DNA of 64,000 nucleotides from the human T2T-CHM13v2.0 reference genome, Homo sapiens, in NCBI RefSeq assembly GCF_009914755.1, contig NC_060946.1. The stretch is one strand, 5' to 3'. The first letter of the stretch is position 1, and each line of letters begins with the position of its first letter. Both the position numbers and the translations under genes were made by a program. The notes beneath the pieces were generated by a model. That model was not told where the DNA came from, made no database searches, and saw nothing but the letters and a program-made list of their open reading frames with translations. Shown in pieces: positions 17,901-33,297 of the stretch.

Positions 17901-18643
17901 TCTATTACAAAATAAAACGTTTTTATGTTTCATTGATTCATTCTCCTATTCGGGAAAATATCGAACATGCACATGGAATCCCTTTCATATGTGTCTTCGG
18001 TATCCCTGTGACCAAGAGCAAGAGAGAGTCACGAGAGGCAGAGATCCTCGGAGACCCAGGGCTTTGAGCTGGATGCAGGGCTGGCCAGGCCCCTGGGGTG
18101 TCTTGTGGTGGTGAAGACGGGGTCCTGTGGGTTCCACGTGTGGGAAAAGTGGTGAGGCCACCATTTGATCATCTGATGATCAGAAGAGTGTGGGTGGCAG
18201 GAGCTGGCAGCTGTCACCAAAGTCACTTCCTGTTGTGCTTAGGCACACAACCAAACTATGTTTTCCAGCCTCCCTTGATATTGAAGATTATCACAGGACT
18301 GAGTTCTGGCAAAGGAGTATGGGCATCAGGTGCACCAGCCTGGTCTCCAGGACACCCTGGGAAGCTCTTCCCGGGCTCTTTTTCCCTCTGTCTGGAACCA
18401 AAGTGACCCCAGGGCCATATCTGGAACCATGTATGGAAGGTGGAGGAACCCTAGGAGAAGGAATCCAGTTCCTGACCGTTAGGAACAGAGCCAGCCATGA
18501 GCAGCATTGGACTCGAGAGTAAAATACACTTGACTGTGTGCAGCAGCAGAGATTTTTAGGGTTTTTCTATTATACTCACTGAGGTATTCACCCATGTAGC
18601 CACACCACCATCTCTGGGTGTTGAGCTGCACTGGCCTTTCCCT

Positions 18644-18805
18644 CTGGAACACTCTGACCTCCCCATCTCCTTCTTTCTAGAACACTCTGACCTCCCGGTC
18701 CCCTTCTTTCTGGAACACTCTGACCTCTCAGTTCCCTTCCTTCTGAAACACTCTGGCCTCCCTGGTCCCCTTCTTTCTGGAACATTCTGACATCCCTGTC
18801 CCCTC
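18644..18805. repeat. About 33-bp degenerate tandem repeat x5 (ctggaacactctgacctccc...ttcttt)
   Basis: Recurring gaacactctgacct core. Confidence 0.85.
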
Positions 18806-21213
18806 TCGCCTGGCTCTGCTGCCTGCCGGGCTGTGTCCCACGGCCAGGGCTCCAGGGGAGAAGGGGAACCTCAGCCTCTCGGGTAGAGAAAAGTCGGGGA
18901 ACTGACTCACAGCCTCACGCCTCTGGGGCCCCAGTCACTCTCCCACCTCCACCCTACTGTACCCGCCCCACCCCCTCGGTCGCACACCTGCCCCACGGGA
19001 ACACAGTGGAGCCTCTAGAAAAAGTCCAGGTGCTGCTTCCACACAGGCACCAAACCTGAAGAGCAGCACAAAGGAAGGTGCCTGAAAGGCGCTTGCAACA
19101 CTCACCCAGAGATAATGCTGCGGTTTCCACAACTGCTCTGTTTTAATATCGACTCCCACGAGTTGAGGGGACGTTATTTTCCTTATTTACAGATAAGGAA
19201 GGTGAATCTAGGCAGCCCCTCCCACTCACCCTCCTGCAGCAACGCCCCTGACACCCCTCTACCCACCCTGCTCCGGATGCCTGAGCTGCCTCCCCTACGT
19301 GATGGCCTCAGAGGTCTCAGCTGAGGACCTATGGGGGCACCTGTGAGGTCCAGTCATCTGAAGCCATGTCCACACTTGAAGACTCAGGCTCGCTGAGAAA
19401 GCTCGGCCTCGGCTGGGCTGCTGGGGCTGCAGGGGAGGCCGGGATGACCCAGAGGGAGGAACCAGCACCAGGCTTCAGGGAGGGGGTGGTCGGGGATATT
19501 AGAGAGGAGAGTCCGCAGCAGGTCCCAGCTCCGCCGTGTGGCCAGGGACACCACTGAGGCCTGGTGGCCCGTCCCTGCCCCCCACCCTCCCGGGCTTATT
19601 CTCCCTCAGGGCACCCAAGAGGAGAAGCCTTCCCCTGCCCTTATACTCTCACTGCAAAGGCCGGGTAGGGCTGAGACATTTCGGAAGAAGGCCCACTGCC
19701 CGCAGAGAGGGTCGGCCTCCTCGGGGTTCTGGGGAGGGGACAGTGGCAGGAGGCGCCTGGTGAGATCTGGTGAGCGCCAGTTCCAGAATGGGGGAATGTG
19801 GGGCGCTGTCCGAGGTCCTGAACGTCTCTGGAGGGCCTGACTACGTCAGGCTCAGGACTCAGAGGACCTGTGCAGCAGCGAGAACAGAGGGGTCCAAGGA
19901 GGCAGAGACGGGGGAGATGGGGCTCACAGCAGCACTTGTCATGCAGACTCGGGGCTCCTGGGCATCTCTGATACTCAGGGGCCATGGGGTCAAGACGGAT
20001 TCAGGGATCCGGCCAGGTCCAGGGACTGAGTGGCCTCAGGGTTACCTCCATGCACTGCACCTGTGGGTCCCCACAAGGCCTGAGTCAGTCCAACCTGGAG
20101 CTCCGGCCAGGGGCAGTGCAGGACTGGGCAGAGCCTCACCAGAGAGACCAGTGGTGGTGGACACGGAGGGGATGCCAGCCTCGGAAGGAGAAAGGGTTTA
20201 TCTCCTAGAGGAGAGCTGTCCAGCCGGGGCGTGACAGCAGCCTGGGGTCCAGAACAGAGGGAAGGGGCACCGTGCTGTGCGACCCGGCTGTGCTTCAGCC
20301 TCCTGGGAGACTCAGCCCCCTGGGAGGCTGCCCACAAACGGGCCAGGCATCCACCTGGAGGAATGAGCTCCCCGTCAGCTCCGTGGCTCCCCAAACTGGC
20401 ACATATACCCAAGTCAGACAACACAGAAGCATGGTCTCCATGTGGAGTGGAACGCAGACCCCCTGCCCAGGCCCTGCTGGCTGACCTTGGGCCCCTTCCA
20501 AGCCACTAAGCCCTCATCACAAAAGTCAGACGTGCTGATCTCTGAAGCCAGGCCTGATGCCGGGGGCCTGGTTTTCTGCTCTTGACGGGAATAGCTCACA
20601 GCTGTGTGTCTATATTGGAAGCCGCTTCTACCAAGCCCAGTTATTTATATATCTTCTTCCCAAATGGAAATATAAGGAAATGTGTTAGCAATTTTGACTT
20701 TATTTCATAAAACACAGGATGAGGCCAAATGGAAGTCTGTTTCTGAATAAGATTACAGATTACAGATCTGAAAAACAAAGTTGTCTTTCAGCTGCAAATA
20801 TCATTTAGAGAAAATGTCTTGTTTTGTAAAAAGAAGCTGTGTGTTGACAGATTTCTTCCCCTCAAATTCTAGAGGAATTTCAAAGCTCTCAGAGGTTCTA
20901 AGCTCTCAAAGTTCTACCTGTGGGGGAGGTGGTGCTTGCATCCTGGACACCCCCTGCCCCCTGCAGGCCCAGTGCAGTGGGGTCGCCAGATGCAGCTCTG
21001 TGCCCACAGGCTTGCTGGCAGGGGCAGGGCTGGCTGCCATGGGGGGGATGCCACCTCCACCCTGACCAGCACCTCAGGTACACCAGCCCAGCAGCAGGAT
21101 GCAGAGGTTCCAGGATCCCCATAGCAGGACAAATATCCTCATCCTTCCCTGGGCATCTGGAAACCCAGCTATGCCATCGAAGCCTTCCGGGAAGGCGCAC
21201 CTTGCCCACTCGC

Positions 21214-21340
21214 AGCTTGCCCCCCATCCCCAGCTTGTCCCCCACCCCAGGCTTGTCCCCCACCCCCAGCTTGTCCCCCACCCCGGGCTTATCCCCAACC
21301 CCCAGCTTGTCCCCAACCCCTGGCTTGTCCCCCACCCCAC
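21214..21340. repeat. 18-bp C-rich minisatellite, about 7 copies (cccagcttgtcccccacc)
   Basis: Direct periodicity. Confidence 0.9.
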
Positions 21341-21951
21341 CTTTCCTTTAACTCTTGCTCGGCCTCATGTAGAGGTTGAAGGGAACACCCCCAGGCAGGT
21401 GACAGCTCCCCACCTTCGGGTGACCCACCCGCTGCCTCCCACAGCCCTCTCACTTGCCCCCGCAAGCAATGCCCCTGAGCCCCCACTTCCTGCCCTGCTT
21501 GGCAATGCCTGAGCTGCCTCCCCTATGTGATGGCCTCAGAGGCCTCACAGGGAAGCCTGAGACCCCCCGTGCCATGCCCACCCTGCCCACAGGACCCTTG
21601 AAGACCCCAGGTGGCCACGGGCTCCCTCCTTTCTGTCCCCTAGTTCCTCACTTCCTGGTGGTCTCTCCTCGCCTGTCACCTCCCCGAAGCCTTCCTTGGC
21701 TGTCCAGGCACCTCTCAGCACACATCTTCCTCTTCCCACCCTGGGTGTCACATCTGCACGCATCAGTCAGCGCACTTGTGCTGGTCTCTCCTTCCCGCTG
21801 CTGGTCAACCTCGCCGGGCACCTACCATAGGCCCTGCATCCATGATAGGGACCGGCAGAGCCCTGGGGAGGACACCGAACTTAGGAGGGCTTCCTGGAGG
21901 TCAGTGAGAGTGGAGCTGGGAGTATGAGGAGGACCATCACCCCTGGACTGG

Positions 21952-22188
21952 GTTCCTGCATATATGAGAGAGGAGACTGCCATTCCTGCATATACAGAGA
22001 GTGTATCATTCCCGCATATACAGAGAGGAGAGGGTTCCATTCCCGCATATACAGAGAGGAGAGGGTTCCATTCCCACATACACAAAGAGGAGAGGGTTCC
22101 ATTCCCACATATACAGAGAGGAGAGGGTTCCATTCCCGCATATACAGAGAGGAGAGGGTTCCATTCCCGCATACACAAAGAGGAGAGT
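21952..22188. repeat. 31-bp minisatellite (ccattcccgcatatacagagaggagagggtt), 6 good and 2 degenerate copies
   Basis: Units start at 22007, 22038, 22069, 22100, 22131 and 22162. Confidence 0.93.
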
Positions 22189-22444
22189 ATACCCTTCGTG
22201 CACATGCGTAACCTCATTGCATGCTGATGAGAAGCCTCGGGCATGCGTGTGCATGGGCAGTGGGCGACACACAGCTCTTCCCAGTGATGCCCCTTCTGTC
22301 TTTAAAATTATGATTAGTAATGAGCGCAGAATTTTTCTTGAAGAAACAAGAGTAAGAAGTCATTTAACGATTTCCAAACTAATTACGAATATGGCCATAC
22401 TTGAAAAGCCACTCCCTAAAAGTGATGACTTGGCTCAAGCTGCA

Positions 22445-22527
22445 GTGAGAACCCGCACGGGAGGCATCCGCCGTGAGAACCCACATGGGAGGCACCTGCT
22501 GTGAGAACCTGTGCGGGAAGCACCCGC
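22445..22527. repeat. 28-bp tandem repeat x3 (gtgagaacccgcacgggaggcatccgcc)
   Basis: Direct periodicity. Confidence 0.8.
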
Positions 22528-22979
22528 AGCCATGCCACTTTTCACCCCGGCCCGAGGCAGAGACCCCTTCACATCCCCACCTTGCCTGCCCCTGCCTCCT
22601 CAGTGGGGTGATTGAATAAAGGACATTGGTTCTGGTTATCATCTTTGAGCTGCCAGGTTTTTTAATGGCTGCATGGAGATATCATTCGCATACCCTCAAA
22701 CTCACACGCTTTAAGTGCCCAACTCAATGCCTTTTAGTATATTCACAGGCTGTGCGTCTATCACCACAATTTTAGAATATTTTATCACCTCAAAAAGAAA
22801 GAAATCCTGCTTCCAGCAGCCATCACTCCGAGTCTCCCGTTTCCCCGGCCCTTGTCCATCATGAGGCCACTCTCTGTCTCTGTAGATGTGTCTGTTCAGG
22901 ACATTTCACATCAATTCAATCATACACCATGTGGTCCATGGAGATCAGCTTTGTTTACTCAGCATGATGCTTTCGAGAC

Positions 22980-23223
22980 TCTGTGGGGGCGATCTGGCTG
23001 TGGCATCTGTCACCCCATTGATTACCAGGTTTGATTCCACTGATGTGGCCAGCTCAGCGGCGTTCCCTTCCCGCCTGACCACTCCATGTGCCTCCCTCCC
23101 AAAACTGTGTGCTCAGCCAAAGAAAATGACCTTCCCAAATAGAAAAGGACCATTCTTCAGTCCGGGGTGTCCGAGCAGCCATGCTTCCCTGCTAGAACCT
23201 CCAAAGAAGCTCTCGAGGTCCAT
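22980..23223 (+). pseudogene. RN7SKP252: 7SK RNA retropseudogene, 3'-truncated at about nt 245, no poly(A) tail
   Basis: Co-linear with 7SK: gggcgatctggctgtggcatctgtcaccccattgat...ccctgctagaacctccaaagaagctctcgaggtccat. Locus number recalled, not verified. Confidence 0.9.
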
Positions 23224-23697
23224 CCATGGTGCAACAGGAATCAGACCTTTGTTGCCATTTAGGATTTAATATGATTCCATTGTATGGATTACATCACATT
23301 TTGTGTAACTACTTATCCCTTGGCAGAAATTTGGGTTGTTTCCACTTTTTGGCTATCACTAATCATGCTGCTATGAACACAGATGTACAGCTTTGTCCAT
23401 GGACACGTTTGCCTTTCTCCTGGGTAAATGCCTAGTAGAATTCCTGGGTCATCTGGTAACTCTATATTTGACATTGGAGGGAAAATGAGACTGTTTTCCA
23501 CAGTGCTACACCATTTGCCCCTCCTGCCAGTGATGGATGAGGAATCTGGTTCTCCACATCCTCCCAACACCTGTCATTGTGCCCTTTAGACTACAGACAT
23601 CCCAGTGGATGTTAAGCGTTGTCTCTTTGTGGCTTTGATTTGCCTGTTCCTGACAGCTGCTGAAGTTGAGCATATGTCCATGTCCCTAGTGGTCCAT

Positions 23698-24925
23698 TGG
23701 TGTGGTTTGGCTCTGTGTCCCCACCCAAATCTCATCTTGTAGCTCCCATAATTCCTACGTGTTGTGGAAGGGACCAAGTGGGAGATGACTGAATTATGAG
23801 GGTGAGTCTTTCCTGTGCTGTCCTTGTGGTAGTGTATAAGTCTCACGAGATCTGATGGTTTGATAAAGGGAAACCCGTTAGGCTTAGCACTCATTTTCTC
23901 TTGCCGCCGCCATGTAAGAAGTGCCTTTCACCTCCCACCATGATTCTGAGGCCTCCCCAGCCATGTGGAACTGTAAGTCCAATTAAACCTCTTTTTCTTC
24001 CCAGTCTTGGGTATGTCTTTATCAACAGCATGAAAACAGAATAATACAGTAAATTGGTACCAGTGGAGTGGGGCACTGCTGAAGAGTTACCCAAAAACAT
24101 GGAAGTGACTTAGGAACTGGGTAACAGGCAGGGGTTGGAACAGTTTGGAGGGCTCAGAAGAAGACAGGAAAATGTGGGAAAGTTTGGAACTCCCTAAAGA
24201 CTTGTTGAATGGCTTTGACAAAAATGCTGATAGTGATATGGACAATGAAATCCAGGCTGAGGTGGTCTCAGATGCAGATGAGGAACTTGTTGAGAACTGG
24301 GGCAAAAGTGACTCTTATTATGTTTTAGCAAAGAGACTGGCAACATTTTGCCCCTGCCCTAGAGATGTGTGGTACTTTAAACTTGAGAGAGATGATTTAG
24401 GGTATCTGGCAGAAGAAATTTCTAAGCAGCAAAACATTGAAGTGGTGACTTCGGTGCTGTTAAAGGCATTCAGTTTTAAAAGGGAAACAGAGCATAAAAG
24501 TTTGGAAAATTTGCATCCTGATGGTGCGATAAAAAAGAAAATCCCATTTTCTGAGGAGAAATTCAAACCAGCTGCAAAAATTTGCGTAACAAGGAGCGAA
24601 TGTTAATCCCCAAGACAATGAAGAAAATGTCTCCAGAGCATGTCAGAGGTCTTCATGGTAGCCCCTCCCTTCACAGGCCTGGAGGTTTAGGAGGAAAAAG
24701 TGGTTTCGCGGGCTGGGCCCAGGATCCCCGCACTGTGTGCAGCCTAGGGACTTAGTGCCCTGCATCCCAGCCACTCTGAAAGGGGTCACAGTAGAGCTCG
24801 GGCTGTGGCTTCAGAGGGTGGAAGCCCCAAGCCTTGGCAGCTTCCACGTGGCATGGAGCATGAGGGTGCACAGAAGTCAAGAATTGAGGGTTGGGAACCT
24901 CCTCCTAGATTTCAGAAGATGTATG
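23698..24925 (+). mobile_element. THE1 (A-like) LTR 23698-24048 plus truncated THE1-int
   Basis: ggtttggctctgtgtccccacccaaatctcatcttgtagctccc...aataca then gtaaattggtacc; MaLR internal ORF remnant at 24145-24606. Confidence 0.88.
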
Positions 24926-26366
24926 GGAACTATTACTGCTGTAATAGTACCTTCTATAATTCTTATATGTTCTAGATATAAATGATCAAATATTTGATTT
25001 GCAAATATTTTCTCCCATTCAGTGGGTTGTCTTTTCATTTGCTATAATAGAGACATAGTGTCCTTTGATGCACAAACGTTTTTAATTTTGATGAAGTTCA
25101 ACATATCTGTTTTCTCTTTTGTTGCTTGTGATTTTGGTATCATATTTAAGACACCATTACCTATCCAAAGATTTACATGTGTGTTTCCTTCTAAGAGTCT
25201 TATAGTTTTAGCTCTTGCAGTTAGATCTTTGAGCTGCTTTGACTTAATTTTTTGTATGTGTGAAGTGGGAACTCAAATTTATTATTTTGCATATGGATAT
25301 ACAGCTGTCCCAACAGGGTTAGTTGAAAAACTATTCTTTTCCCCCAATAAATGGTCTTAATGTCTTTGCCAAAAACCAACTAAGGGTTTAATTTCTGGGC
25401 TCTCTATTCCACTGATGTGTGTGTCCAGCCTTGTATCATTACCACACTGTCTCCGTTACTGGTGTTTTGTATTCAGTTTTGAAATAAGGAAGTGTGAGTC
25501 CCCCAGCTTTGTTCTTTGTAAAGTTTTGAGTTTTGATGTTATATTCAGGGTCTTTTTAGATTCCATACTAATTTTAGGATGGATTTTTTTCTGTTTCTGC
25601 AAACAGGTCAACTTGCGTTTGGATAGGGATTGCACTGATTCTGAAGATCAATTTGGAGAGTATTGCCATCTATTCAGTATCAGTCTTATGGTCCATGAAC
25701 TTGAAATGTCTTTCCATTTATTTAGGTCTAATTTAATTGCTTTCAACAATGTTTTGATGTTTTCAGAGTTTAAGTTCTCCACTCTCTTGTTAAACATATT
25801 CCTAAATGATGTTCCATCTTTTATTTCTGATTTTAGTAAGCTCAGTCTTCTCTCTTTTTTTCTTAGTCTAGCTAAAGGTTGGTCAGTTTTGCTGATCTTT
25901 TGGAAGAATCAGCTTTTATTTTACTGATTTTCTCTATTTTCTAATCTATATTTCACTAACTTTTTTTCTATTCTTTATTATTTCCTCCTTTCTGCCTGCT
26001 TGAGGTTTAGTTTGCTCTTCTTTTTTCACTATCTCAAGTTGGGAGGTTAGGTTGTGGATTTGAAATCTTTCTTCTTTTTAAATGTAAGGGTTCTCAGATG
26101 TAAACTTCCTCTCTGCACTGCTTTAGCTGCATTCCATACGTTTTGGTATGTTGTATCTCCAATTTCATTTATCTCAAAGTATTTTCTTATTTTCCCTGTG
26201 ATTTTGTCATTAATCTGTTTTGTTATTTAGGAATGTGTGTTACTTAATGTAGACGTATTTGTGAATTTCCCAAGTTTCTTTCTATTTTTTTTTCTAATTT
26301 CACTCCATTATACTCAGTGATTGTGTTTTGAATGGTTTCAATCCTTTGAAAGTTACTGAGGCTGAT

Positions 26367-29005
<2,639 letters not shown>

Positions 29006-29024
29006 GAAAGTTACTGAGGCTGAT

Positions 29025-32000
29025 TTAATGGTCTAGTATGTGATCTATCATGAAGAACATCCCACGTGTGCTTGAAAAGAATGAGTGTTCGGCTGTTGTG
29101 TGGAGTGGTCTGCAGATACCACTTAGATCTACTTGGTTGCAATGTGTTTGAGTTTTTCATTTCCTGTTGCTATTCTGCCTGATTGTTCTATCCATTATTG
29201 AAAATGAAGCATTGATGTCTCCAACTATTTTTGTTGAAATGTCTATGTCTCCATTCAATTCTGTCAGTTTTTGTTTTACATATCTTGGAGCTCTGTTGTT
29301 AGGTGCCTATGTTTACAATTGTTATTTTACCTGAAGAATTGGCTTTTATCATTATAAAATATTCCTCTTTATCCCTAGTAACACTTTTTGTTTTAAATTT
29401 CTGTAAGTACTCCAGCTCTCTTATGGTTGCTGTTTGCATGGTATGTATTTTTCATCCTTTTACTTTCAGCATTTTTGTATCTCTGAATCTAAAATCTGTC
29501 TCCTTTAGACAGTATATAATTGGATATTGGTTCTTTATCCAATCTATCTCTGCCTTTTTATTGGATTGTTTAATCCATTCACATTTAATGTAATTATGAA
29601 TATAGTTGAATTTGTCTGCATTTTACCTTTTGTTCCCTATATGTCTCGTGGTCTCATGTCTTTTTATTGTTGTTGTTGTTAATCTATTCCTCCTTTACTG
29701 ATTTCTTGTTTAATTAAGTGAATATTTTCTAGTGTAATTTTTTTTATTCCTTTCATGGCTTTTTCACCATATTTTAAGTTATTTTCTTAGTGGTTGCTCT
29801 ACAGCTTACCACATATGCTTAACATATCAGAATCTACTTCAGATTTATATGAACTCCAATTATATGTTGGCATGTTATCCTTATATTATTTGTTATATTT
29901 TCCTTGTTTATATTATCCTTTCTTATTTACCACTTATTATTCTCTTCATTTGTCTTTTCTTTAACTTTTTTTTTTTTTTTTGGTATAGATGAGGCCTCAC
30001 TGTGTTGACCAGGCTGGTCTTGGAACTCAGCCTCCCAAAGTGCCGAGATTTCAGGCATGAACCACCCTGGCCACCTTCATTTGTTTCTGTGGGTCTGAGT
30101 TACCATCTGTTGTGACTTCTTTACTTCAATACAATGTTGTTCCCCATACCTCCTTTGTGCTATTGTCAAATATATTCAATTTTTGTTTGTTACAGGTCCA
30201 GGAATACAACCATATACATATTGTTTTACACAATTGATTTTCAAATCACTCAAAGAAGAAATGTGCATTTATACTGTCTTTTGTAATTCATTATTACATT
30301 TCTAGGGCTCTTTTTTTTTGGTGTGGATTCACATTTCCATCTGGGATCACTTTCAAGGCAGATCTGCCAACCATGAATTATTTTGGCTTTTGTTTATCTG
30401 AGAACTTATTTGGCCTTCATGTTGAAAGATCGTTTTCAGGCTATGACAATCTTGATTTACAGGTTTGTTTGGGTTTTTTTTTCAGTCCTTTAAATATGTC
30501 ATCCTACTGCCTCCTGGCCTTCATTGTTTCTGATGAAAAGTCACCGGTTAATCTTGTTGGAGTGACCATGACCATGACCATGAGGAGTCATTTTTTTCTC
30601 TTGCTACTTTCAGGATGTTTTTTGGTTGTTTTTTGTTTTGTTTTGTGTTTTGCTTTCGGCTTTCACTATTTACTATGATGAGTCTGCATGGGGATTTCTT
30701 TGCATTTATTCTACTTTGAGGTCACAGGGTTTCTCAGATGTATAGATGAATGTGTTCAGCAAATCTGGGAAATTTCCAGGCATTATTTGTTCACATATTT
30801 GTTCTGTCTTTTCTCCTTTTCTTCTCAAGTAAACCTGTGATGAGGATGTTGGTGACTGAAAGTTGTCCCACATTGCTCTGAGGTTCTATTCATTTTTCTT
30901 CCATTTTCTGTTTTTCAGATTGCATATCTCTATGAATCTATATTCACATTCACTGATTCCTTCTTCTGCCAGTTCTAAACCACCATTGACCCCCTCTAAA
31001 AAAATCTTTTTCAATTATTTTTCAACTCCAACATTTTCACTTGATTCTTTTATAGTTTCTTTTTATTCATAGTCTGTATTTGAGTCTCTATTGATAGTTT
31101 CTATTCATACTCTCACTGTCTTCATGTCTTCCTTTACTTCTTTCTTGTAGAAAGTAAAAGTTCCTCTTCAAAGTTTCCCTTCTTGTTAAAGAATAAATCA
31201 TGAGTGTTAGAAATAATAGTTTCTTTTAAAGACTAACTTTATGCTAGACATGCTCATGGACATGTAGTACATTCTGTGTCCTTGTACTTTAACCAAGATA
31301 TCTGTGCTGGACGTGCTCACAGGCATGTCCCAGCTCGCAGCCTATACCCCTTCCTTATTTGGGAATGTTATTACTTTTCTAATTCTTTCATAAGCAGCTT
31401 CCTCTTTTCCTTTATCCTTCCATTACTTTTACCTATTTAGAAAAGTTTTATACTGTTAGCCAATCGGGTTTTAGTTTAAATTGTGCTGTCTGGCTCTAGC
31501 CAATGGAGACAGGACACAGTAACAGGGACAAACTGCATAAGGGATAAAAATTGCTTCCCTCCTTTGTTCAGGTGTGCTCTCACCATTATTCCATCTGCGA
31601 GGAGCACCCTTTCTGCAGGAAGTAAAGATTGCCTTGCTGAGAGAATTAAATTTATGTTCAAGTGCTATTTCTTTGCAGCACCGGGGAGCAAGCATTTACA
31701 TATAACAATTCTGCATGGTTTTCTTTATTTCTTTGACTGTATTAATGATGGATACTTGGAGGTCCCTGTCTGTTAAGTCTGGCATCTGATCCCTCCCATG
31801 GGCAGCTTCTGTTACTGCTCTTTTCCCTGTGTATCCGTCATGCATTCCTATTTATTTTAATGTCTCTTAGGTTTTGTTAAGAACTGGACATTTTAAATAA
31901 TATTTTATAGTAACTCTGGATACTGATTCCCGACCCCCCACCCCCTAGGGCTTGTTTTTGTTGTTGTTTGAGTATTTATTTCTGACTTGGCTAGGTTACT

Positions 32001-32300
32001 TTAGTAACATTTATTTCCCCCGTAGAATGGCATTTCCCCTTTCAGTGGCATTCTCTAGTGGGCTCAGCCTTGGGTGTATACACAACCACCCTAGATGACA
32101 GCAGTTTTGTTTTCACTGGGGCTATTCCTGTCTCTTTCCCTGATCTCTCTGTTAAGCTCTCTGCCTCATTTGCCATTACCCTCAGCCTGTTAAGCTCCAC
32201 TAATTACCTGCTGGTCGCTCTATTGTTTTTCACTAAGCCCTGGGGCATTAATTGCTCAGCATACTAATTCAATTAAATCCAGGCAGAAATAGTTTTGAGT
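29025..32300 (-). mobile_element. Old L1M continuation with an Alu fragment (about 29965-30075)
   Basis: T-rich antisense L1-like sequence. Confidence 0.65.
31146..31707 (+). mobile_element. ERV1 solo LTR, LTR10-like
   Basis: TG...CA ends, near-TSD tttct/attct, CCAAT boxes near 31460 and 31500; start tgtagaaagtaaaag recalled as LTR10 family. Confidence 0.7.
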
Positions 32301-32420
32301 TCCAGTCTTAGGTTGATTCTGACCCAGGAGGGCACTTCTTAGCTATCTCTTTACTTAGTTCTTCCAGCAAACTAGCTGGCCCGTGGTAACAGCTCATTGC
32401 TGTTAATTAGGAACTATTGT

Positions 32421-32590
32421 TTTCTTTTCTTTTTAACTTTAATTTTAGGTTCAGAGGTACATGTGCAAGTTTGTTATACAGGTAAACTCCTGTCATGGGG
32501 GTTTGTTGTGCAGATTATTTCATTACTCAGATACTAAGCCTAGTACCCAATAGTTATTTTTTCTTATCCTCTCCCTCCTCCCACCCTCAA
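32421..32590 (-). mobile_element. L1PA 3'-end fragment
   Basis: ggtacatgtgcaagtttgttatacaggtaaact. Confidence 0.75.
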
Positions 32591-32984
32591 TTTTAACAGC
32601 ACCTGATATATGGAAGGAACTCAACGGTTTCCTGAATTTTTGACTTAGCTTTCTTACAATAACGTATGATTTACACTTGTCTCATGCAGGCTAAAGGCAG
32701 AGGGAGCAGGCAGGGCTGCTTGGGGGTCTAAACCCACAAAGCCTGCCCCTGGGAAAGGGACTGGGTGCTGTGAGGCTTAGAGGCTCCAGCTCAGCCTGAA
32801 AGGTGCAGGTCAGGCCTCTGCTGGGAGGCAGGCAGCCCTTCAGGGGTGATTTTCATGGAGTGTGAAACTGGACCAGAGACCCCTACACACACCCGAGGCC
32901 CCTGGGCTCAGAGGTTAGAGGTCAGATGCTGCCCTTGTCTTCCTGTTTCCCCAGGAGGAGGCTGCCTACAGGACCCAGGACGAT

Positions 32985-33297
32985 GGCACCCGGGTGCCCA
33001 GTGCACGCCTGGGGTCCCCACCACCAGTACCACCCCACCTACCATAGGCCCAGGACCTTGGGCTCAGCCCCAGCCCCAGAGGAAGGAGGAAACTGACAGG
33101 TCCAGGACCTTGGGCTCAGCCTCAGCCCCAGAGGAAGGAAGAGACCAAGGACAGCAGCACCTGGGTGCCCAGTGCACGCCTGGGGTCCCCACAACCAGTG
33201 CCATCCCCACCCCCTGCAGGCCGAGGACCGTGGGCTCAGCCCCAGCCCCGGCCCCAGCCCCAGCCCCAGCCCCAGCCCCAGCCCCAGAGGAAGGAGG
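32985..33297. repeat. Local duplication (about 170-bp period) with a (CCAGCC)n tract
   Basis: gggtgcccagtgcacgcctggggtcccca occurs twice. Confidence 0.85.

Larger units (their letters stand above)
22655..26347 (-). mobile_element. Old L1M interrupted by the 7SK copy and THE1
   Basis: Antisense L1 3' UTR/ORF2 motifs at 22655-22980, 23224-23697 and 24930-26347. Confidence 0.75.

Noticed and set aside
24145-24606. 153-aa ORF
   Set aside because: Degenerate THE1 internal ORF remnant, not a host gene.
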